Assembly (NCBI GenBank): GCA_049284575.1
Contig: JBAPYE010000144.1
Location: 1-50,222, forward strand
Direction: 5' to 3'
Origin: Desulfobacterales bacterium
GTDB taxonomy: Bacteria; Desulfobacterota; Desulfobacteria; Desulfobacterales; JAABRJ01
DNA: 50,222 nucleotides
Shown: positions 44,967 through 50,222 of the stretch, piece after piece
Layout of the letters: each line of letters starts with the position of its first letter
How positions within the stretch are numbered: position 1 is the stretch's first letter
The notes under the pieces: model-generated
What the model saw: only the letters and a program-made list of their open reading frames with translations
Database searches by the model: none
Told to the model about the DNA's origin: nothing
Program-made: the position numbers and the translations under genes

Positions 44967-45986
44967 TCAGGCCTTGGCAGCAGCAGCCGTCTTCAAACGG
45001 CGGCGCCTGAGAACACGCTGCCAGAGGCTGTAAAGGTGGACGGCCAGGATGGCGGCCACCAGGCGCGGCACCCACAGCCAGAAAGGGCTCAAGCCAAGGG
45101 GCAGGAAAAGCGCGGGATCCTCTACCATGGAGTGGTTGACCCCGATGGAGAGCTGCAGGCGGGCCAGCTCCTCGGCCGAAAAATGGCCCTCCCGGGCCTC
45201 CTCGACAATCACTGCCGCCCCGTAGGAGAGCCCGAAAATCGCGGCCGTCAGCCACAGCATCCCGACCTTGCGGTCCACCCCCATTACCTTCAGCAGCGGC
45301 CCCATGAGCTTCACCAGGTGATAGATCAGATTGAACTGTTTCATTTCCTCCAGCAGAATCATGAGGGGCATGATGATCAGGAAAATTTTGACCGTCAGAA
45401 AAAAAGTTTCGAGGCACCAGTCTGTGATCATCTCCCCGAAAGCAACCGAGGGGGCCATCACGTGCGCCTGTGATACGATCGCCGCCGCATCCGTGGCGAC
45501 AAAACGTGAAACCAGCATGACCGTCACGCAGGAAACGAAGAGGCGGAAGGCGGTGGCCTTGAGCGGGTGGAGGCCGGACTTCCCCTGGATGATGGCCTCC
45601 TGAACGATATTGTGCGAGATCAGCAGAAAAATCGCGATCAGGGTCATGTGGGCCGTCGTAAAAGGCAGAACCGTCATGGTGGCGATCCCCCCGTAAATCC
45701 CGGTCAGCAGTCCGGCCACCAGGGGTAGGGCCGCCATGGCCGGAAGGCCCAGGATGCCCATCAGGGGCTCCAGCAGAAAGTCCAGCTGCTGCAGCACGCC
45801 GCTGTAAGCCAGCAGGGCCGTGCCAAGCGAAATGGGAACCAGGATCTTCAGCATCCAGATAAAGCCGTGCCAGCCCTTGCGGCTGCCCGCAGCAACGCCC
45901 GCTGCCAGCCGAGCCTTGAACGTGGCGCTTTTTTCGAAACCGTCTGGTTTTGAACTTACCGGTCCATCAGAATTATCAGAAGTCAT
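44967..45986 (-). CDS. Membrane protein with nucleoside-recognition (FeoB Gate-like) domains
   Basis: ORF 44967..46100. I prefer the start at MTSDNSDGP (45986), which avoids overlap with the divergent GT2 gene. It is polytopic: ...FIWMLKILVPISLGTALLAYSGVLQQLDFLLEPLMGILGLP... Confidence 0.65.
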   Translation of the reverse strand: MTSDNSDGPVSSKPDGFEKSATFKARLAAGVAAGSRKGWHGFIWMLKILVPISLGTALLAYSGVLQQLDFLLEPLMGILGLPAMAALPLVAGLLTGIYGGIATMTVLPFTTAHMTLIAIFLLISHNIVQEAIIQGKSGLHPLKATAFRLFVSCVTVMLVSRFVATDAAAIVSQAHVMAPSVAFGEMITDWCLETFFLTVKIFLIIMPLMILLEEMKQFNLIYHLVKLMGPLLKVMGVDRKVGMLWLTAAIFGLSYGAAVIVEEAREGHFSAEELARLQLSIGVNHSMVEDPALFLPLGLSPFWLWVPRLVAAILAVHLYSLWQRVLRRRRLKTAAAAKA

Positions 45987-46025
45987 TTTTTTAAAGCGGC
46001 TCTTTTCTGTTTTTCGGGCGGTTGC

Positions 46026-46715
46026 ATGAAAGCGCGCAGGATTTCGATTGTCATTCCGGTCTTTGAGGAGGCCTGTACCATAAACCATGGTCTCGAGCAT
46101 CTGATTAATCTGCCCTTTTCAGGACAAATGGAAATCATTGTGGTGGATGCCGCACCCTCGCCGGCAACCATCGGCGCCATCCGCCGCACGGATGTCACCA
46201 AAATTGTCGCCCCCAGGGGCCGGGGCCCCCAGATGAACCGCGGCGCGGCCACAGCGGCGGGTGACATCCTGCTTTTTCTGCATGCCGATACCCGGTTGCC
46301 CCGCGATGGCCTCGAATCGGCGGCCGCCGCCCTCAGGTCCCCGCGCATCGTCGGCGGGGCCTTCCGCCTTGAAATCGCCTCGCCCAACCCTCTTTTCCGC
46401 GTCATCGAGGGCACCGCCAACCTGCGCACCCGCTTGACCCGGATTCCTTACGGGGACCAGGCGCTCTTTTTTGACCGCCGCTTTTTCCAACGCATCGGCG
46501 GCTTTTCAGACATCCGGATCATGGAAGACGTGGAACTAATGCAGCGGGTCAAAAAAGGCGGCCACCGGATCCGGATCCTGCCCAGCCGGGTCCGGACCTC
46601 GGCGCGCCGTTGGCAACGGGAGGGAATTGTCCGCTGCACCCTGCGCAACTGGCTGCTGGTCACGCGCTTCGTGCTCGGCAGCCCCCCCGACAGGCTGGCG
46701 CGCCATTACCGTTAG
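46026..46715 (+). CDS. Family 2 glycosyltransferase (small, ~230 aa class)
   Basis: ISIVIPVFEE...EIIVVDAAP...RGPQMNRGAATAAGDILLFLHADTRLP...YGDQALFFDRRFFQRIGGFSDIRIMEDVELMQRV. Confidence 0.85.
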   Translation: MKARRISIVIPVFEEACTINHGLEHLINLPFSGQMEIIVVDAAPSPATIGAIRRTDVTKIVAPRGRGPQMNRGAATAAGDILLFLHADTRLPRDGLESAAAALRSPRIVGGAFRLEIASPNPLFRVIEGTANLRTRLTRIPYGDQALFFDRRFFQRIGGFSDIRIMEDVELMQRVKKGGHRIRILPSRVRTSARRWQREGIVRCTLRNWLLVTRFVLGSPPDRLARHYR

Positions 46716-46736
46716 GCCTGCAAAGCCCGGCAGGAA

Positions 46737-46768
46737 GCGGTTGCCCTTAAATACACCGCGGCAACCGC
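46737..46768. terminator. Hairpin between the convergent GT2 and GT4 genes
   Basis: GCGGTTGCC-(14 nt)-GGCAACCGC, a 9-bp perfect stem. There is no T-tract. Confidence 0.35.
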
Positions 46769-46798
46769 ACCTGCCGCCAGGTGTTGCCCGGGCGACCA

Positions 46799-48082
46799 TC
46801 AGAAGTGGCTTTCCAGACAATCCGGGATCAGCACGTTGAGCTTGCGATGAAGGACTTCAAAGGAAAAATGGCGGGTCGCAACGGCGTAGTTCTGGCGGAC
46901 CATTTTGTCCTGCAAGACCCGGTCTTGCAGGACGGTCCGGGTTTGGGCGACGGCCTCGTCAGTGACATAGCCGTCGATTTCCACCACCGTGAACCCCTTT
47001 GGCTTGATGTCGCGGGCATAAATGGAATAGGTGTTAACCACGATCGGTTTTGAAAAATAGACCGCTTCCAGAAAGGCGTTGCCGAAGCCCTCGTAATTGG
47101 AGGGATAGGTCACCAGATCCGCATGCGGGTAAATGTCGTTCAGGGTGTAGATCTTGCGCCCGTCCGCCGTTTGGCCGCGAAACTCGTTGATGATCTCGGA
47201 CACGAAAACGGTGTCGACCCCCAGCATTTTTGAATATTCCCGCACGCGCAGTTCGTATTCATGCCCCTCGTCGCCGGAGGCATGCGAGATCACCAGCTTG
47301 GCCTTGAGGCCCAGACGGTGCACCAGCTCAATGGCGTGTTCAATGCCTTTGCGCTTCACCACCCGGGTGGGCTGGAGGATGAAGAGTTCATCGGCCTGGA
47401 TTCCGAGGGCCTGCCGAATGTCGGCGGTGTATGCGTCGGGCGGCAACGGGGGGGTGGCGAAATCCATGACATTGGGGATAATGGTCCCTGAAATGCCGGT
47501 CCGCAGGCTCAGCTGGTTATCCGCCGAGGAGTTGATCACCACGTGCCGGATCGTCGGCAGATGCGGGGGGAAAGCCATGTTGAGGTATTCCCAGGCCCCC
47601 GTCGTCTTGAAATGCTGGCGTTCCCAGAAAAAATCGTGGTGATGGGCGATGGTGGGCATGCCGGTTTCAGAGATAAATTCGGTCAGGGCGATCCCCAGCG
47701 GCAGATTGAGGGGAATGGTGAGGGCGTTTTCCACCACCAGAAAGTCAATTTTAAAGCGATCCACGAACCGGTAGATGTGGTCCTTTAAACGCCGTTTGAC
47801 CGCGTGGATTTTGCGCGTGATGCCGCGCCCCCGGACATTGACCCCGAAGCAGCCATGATAAATATCGCGAATCAGCGGATGCTTGAAATGGGCCTCCGCC
47901 ACCAGACAGGAGCGGCTGGGCTCAAAGGCCACCTCCCCGGCAAAGTAAAAGCAGGTGGCGCCCTCCGTTTCCATGATTCGCGCCCATTTCGCGGCCTCCA
48001 GGGAAACCCCGTCGGTCCCCGCCAGCCGGGTGGCGATGAACCCGACATGCTTGAGCCGGCAGGTTGTCACACAGTAATCCAT
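46799..48082 (-). CDS. GT-B fold family 4-like glycosyltransferase
   Basis: 427 aa. The N-terminal half contains ...HHHDFFWER.... The C-terminal GT4 signature is LVTYPSNYEGFGNAFLEAVYFSKPIVVN (E-x7-E). Confidence 0.8.
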   Translation of the reverse strand: MDYCVTTCRLKHVGFIATRLAGTDGVSLEAAKWARIMETEGATCFYFAGEVAFEPSRSCLVAEAHFKHPLIRDIYHGCFGVNVRGRGITRKIHAVKRRLKDHIYRFVDRFKIDFLVVENALTIPLNLPLGIALTEFISETGMPTIAHHHDFFWERQHFKTTGAWEYLNMAFPPHLPTIRHVVINSSADNQLSLRTGISGTIIPNVMDFATPPLPPDAYTADIRQALGIQADELFILQPTRVVKRKGIEHAIELVHRLGLKAKLVISHASGDEGHEYELRVREYSKMLGVDTVFVSEIINEFRGQTADGRKIYTLNDIYPHADLVTYPSNYEGFGNAFLEAVYFSKPIVVNTYSIYARDIKPKGFTVVEIDGYVTDEAVAQTRTVLQDRVLQDKMVRQNYAVATRHFSFEVLHRKLNVLIPDCLESHF

Positions 48083-48134
48083 TTTTCACCCCAGCGCGGC
48101 ATACAGCGCCCCCCTATTTGGCGTTTCTGGGCGG

Positions 48135-48698
48135 TTATCCGATTTCGTGATGGCGGAAGCAGTCCAGCGTGTGGTCGTTGACCATTCCCACCGCCTGCAT
48201 GAAGGCGTAGCAGATGGTGGGCCCGACGAACGTGAAGCCCCGGGTTTTCAGATCGCGGCTGACGGCCGTCGAAAGGGGCGTCCAGGCGGGAACATGCGCC
48301 GGGCGGCGCCAGCTGTTTTTTACCGGCCGGCCGCCGGTAAAGCGCCAAATGTAACGGTCGAAACTTCCGAAGCGCTCCTGGACCGATCGAAAGGCCCGGG
48401 CATTGCCGACCGCGGCTTGGATTTTCATCCGGTTGCGGATCAGCCCGGCGTCGGCCATCAGGGCCGAAACCTTTTCAGGACCATAGCCGGCCACTTTTTT
48501 TGGATCGAAGCCGTTGAATGCGAGCCGATAGTTTTCGCGTTTGCCCAGGATCGTCCGCCAGCTGAGGCCGGCCTGGGCTCCCTCCAGCACCAAAAATTCG
48601 AAGAGCCGGGTATCGTCGTGCAGCGGGACGCCCCACTCGGTGTCGTGGTAGGCGATCATCAGCGGGTCATCGCCTGCCCAGTGGCAGCGGCGTCTCAC
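48135..48698 (-). CDS. tag: DNA-3-methyladenine glycosylase I
   Basis: RCHWAGDDPLMIAYHDTEWGVP...FEFLVLEGAQAGLSW...MQAVGMVNDH. The GTG start at 48698, 8 nt after AGGAGGA, gives 187 aa, the same length as E. coli Tag. The track ORF extends further to 48776. Confidence 0.9.
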   Translation of the reverse strand: MRRRCHWAGDDPLMIAYHDTEWGVPLHDDTRLFEFLVLEGAQAGLSWRTILGKRENYRLAFNGFDPKKVAGYGPEKVSALMADAGLIRNRMKIQAAVGNARAFRSVQERFGSFDRYIWRFTGGRPVKNSWRRPAHVPAWTPLSTAVSRDLKTRGFTFVGPTICYAFMQAVGMVNDHTLDCFRHHEIG

Positions 48699-48818
48699 CA
48701 AAAACGTCCTCCTGGTCGCGGTAATCGCTGTGGGGTAGGGCAACGGGATCACGACCCGGCATTTCAGGCCGACCACAGCCAGCCGCCGGCCACGGGCGCG
48801 CGCGATCCGGGAGGCCGG

Positions 48819-49307
48819 CTAAGCGGAAACCTCTCCAACACCGGCGGTCGGGGCGAGGGTGTCCGGCTCTGGTTTCAGGGGGCGCAGGATTTTGACGATT
48901 TTAGGCCGATAGGCGTTTTGGGTCGCCATGCGGTTGCCCTTGAACTTGACGAACAGGATCGACACAAAGAAAAACAGAAACCCCAGCAGGGCCGAAAGGG
49001 CCGAGGCGTCGAACTTCAGGAGGGGGGCGTAGCGCTGGCCGATAACCGCGCCCACGAACATGCAGATAATCGGAAAAAGGTAGAGCAGGAAGGTCGCTTT
49101 CAGAAAGGAGCCGGTTTCAATTTGCAGCAGGATGCGATCCCCCACTTGGGCGCCGGCCGGGTTCAGGGCCTCGACCTCCCGGTCGTTTCCTATGGCATTG
49201 CAGGAATTCCGGGATTGACAGCCCACGCAAGCGCTTTTCTTGTTGGTCTTGACGCGGGCGGTGCTAGCCGATTCCAACTTGATGACAAATCCTTCTTCAG
49301 TCGCCAA
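48819..49307 (-). CDS. rseC: RseC/MucC (SoxR-reducing system) family membrane protein
   Basis: ...EEGFVIKLESASTARVKTNKKSACVGCQSRNSC...NPAGAQVGDRILLQIE, followed by two TMs. The likely start is TTG 49307 (GAGGA upstream); the ORF maximum is 49337. Confidence 0.7.
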   Translation of the reverse strand: MATEEGFVIKLESASTARVKTNKKSACVGCQSRNSCNAIGNDREVEALNPAGAQVGDRILLQIETGSFLKATFLLYLFPIICMFVGAVIGQRYAPLLKFDASALSALLGFLFFFVSILFVKFKGNRMATQNAYRPKIVKILRPLKPEPDTLAPTAGVGEVSA

Positions 49308-49428
49308 AACAGGTCCTCGGTAAAACGGTGAGAGCAATTGAGCGTTTGGAATCAGACTTTATAGGAAAACCCGCCGGCGGTTGGCAACCGGCCCCCACTT
49401 ATGGTTCAGGGGGCCGGCACACTAAAAC

Positions 49429-50222
49429 CTAAAGGGCCGCCGAAGCCACCCGGGGCGCCGGTTTTTCAGTCTGGACGGCCTGGTCGCCGCAGCCGCGGTA
49501 GCAGATCAGCCCGCACTGCAGACAGCGGTCGGCTTCCGCCTGGGCCTGGGCCTTGTCGAAGCCCTTCTCGAGCTCGACCCCCTCCGGGGCCAGCGGCATC
49601 ACCGTGCGGCTGGCGGCCGTCACGTTTTCAACCACGTCAACGTTCTGGATGTAGGCATCCGGGGTGATCACATTTTCGGGCAACCCCGGTTCAATGCCGT
49701 ACATCACCTGGTGGATGGCAGCCGCTCCCCGCCGCCCGGCACCGATGGCCTTGATGGCGGCGCTGAAGTCCGACAGGGGGTCACCATCGGCCAGCAGGGC
49801 GTCATTGGAACCAAGCACCGGGGGCTTGTGGGCCTCGATCGCCTCCCAGGCGCCGGCGGCGGCCTCCTCGCCTTCGGTCGGTCGGGGCGGCCCGAAAATA
49901 AACTGGGGAAACCGCCCGGCCGGCAGCAGCAGGGTCTTGGCCGCAATTCGGGATTTCTTGCGGGTGCCGAGGGTCATCAACTCCAGCGCCTGAAGCTGAT
50001 CGGCTTTCCCGATCAGCCGCGTGACCCCTGTTGCGAAAAAGACGTCAACGCCGTCGAGTTCTTTGGCCTCGGTCGCGCTCAAGGGAGTGTTTTCGCGGGG
50101 TTCGCGGATCAGAAGACTCACCTTGCCGGCACCGGCCTTTTGACAGATGCGGGCGGCCTCCAGCCCGGCCGGACCGCCGCCGACGATCACCACGTCCCCT
50201 TTTTTGACGATCTCGGCCTGAA
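49429..50222 (-). CDS. FAD/NAD(P)-dependent oxidoreductase, C-terminal part (GltD/NfnB-like pyridine nucleotide-disulfide oxidoreductase); N-terminus lies beyond the window end
   Basis: The reading frame is open to the window edge (..FQAEIVKKGDVVIVGGGPAGLEAARICQKAG..). It has a second Rossmann GxGxxG and a C-terminal Cys cluster, CLQCGLICYRGC. Confidence 0.7.
   Translation of the reverse strand, partial: QAEIVKKGDVVIVGGGPAGLEAARICQKAGAGKVSLLIREPRENTPLSATEAKELDGVDVFFATGVTRLIGKADQLQALELMTLGTRKKSRIAAKTLLLPAGRFPQFIFGPPRPTEGEEAAAGAWEAIEAHKPPVLGSNDALLADGDPLSDFSAAIKAIGAGRRGAAAIHQVMYGIEPGLPENVITPDAYIQNVDVVENVTAASRTVMPLAPEGVELEKGFDKAQAQAEADRCLQCGLICYRGCGDQAVQTEKPAPRVASAAL

Noticed and set aside
48147-49331. 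394-aa + strand ORF
   Set aside because: It is antisense to tag and rseC, with shadow-frame composition.
1-50222. CRISPR arrays, transposases, integrases, phage genes, toxin-antitoxin pairs and known defence systems
   Set aside because: I saw no direct-repeat/spacer periodicity, terminal inverted repeats, or DDE, tyrosine or serine recombinase motifs in any frame. The lone XRE gene has no partner toxin ORF.

Overview
About 50 kb of a high-GC chromosome. Gene content points to an anaerobic deltaproteobacterium or Desulfobacterota: Na+-pumping glutaconyl-CoA decarboxylase, B12-dependent class II ribonucleotide reductase, two sigma54 two-component pairs, and pilMNOPQ. That assignment is an inference from content only. 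The window is densely coding and mostly housekeeping. I recognised no rRNA, tRNA, CRISPR array, transposase, integrase or phage genes.

Main blocks:
1. 1-6859 (-): an IclR-headed glutarate/glutaryl-CoA module with a type III CoA-transferase, an acyl-CoA dehydrogenase, a CMD-family protein and gcdD-gcdB-gcdC-gcdA. It includes a 42-aa subunit gene missing from the ORF track.
2. 7081-9091: mntP behind a structured leader, then a 400-nt non-coding gap before a CitE/HpcH lyase.
3. 9114-22420: comM/yifB, lpxC, DUF4390-ntrY-ntrX, rsmD, coaD, a LysR regulator, nrdJ, dedA/yqaA, pcm and 5-formyl-THF cyclo-ligase.
4. 22672-28083 (+): serS, a Zn-ribbon ThrC-like enzyme, a double-LysM protein and a TPR lipoprotein.
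5. 28244-34328 (-): an XRE gene followed by pilM-N-O-P-Q, visibly lower in GC than the flanks.
6. 34329-37810: a 551-nt structured non-coding region, then a histidine kinase and a sigma54 response regulator.
7. 37927-43041 (-): recN, an FmdB zinc ribbon, a PflX-type radical SAM enzyme, a metallophosphoesterase, an SH3b protein and a YfgM-like TPR protein.
8. 43262-50222: an acyl-CoA synthetase, a Gate-domain membrane protein, GT2 and GT4 glycosyltransferases, tag, an rseC-like gene and a partial flavoprotein.

Many long ORFs in the supplied track are antisense shadows of real genes, typical of high-GC3 coding, and I rejected them. I found no clear-cut new system. The best leads are the non-coding and structured regions (7776-8176, 34329-34879, 22421-22671), the unlisted gcdD micro-ORF, the pilus-associated LysM/TPR/XRE accessories, and the FmdB-rSAM-phosphatase-SH3-TPR gene string. 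All family calls rest on motif recognition by eye; no searches were run.
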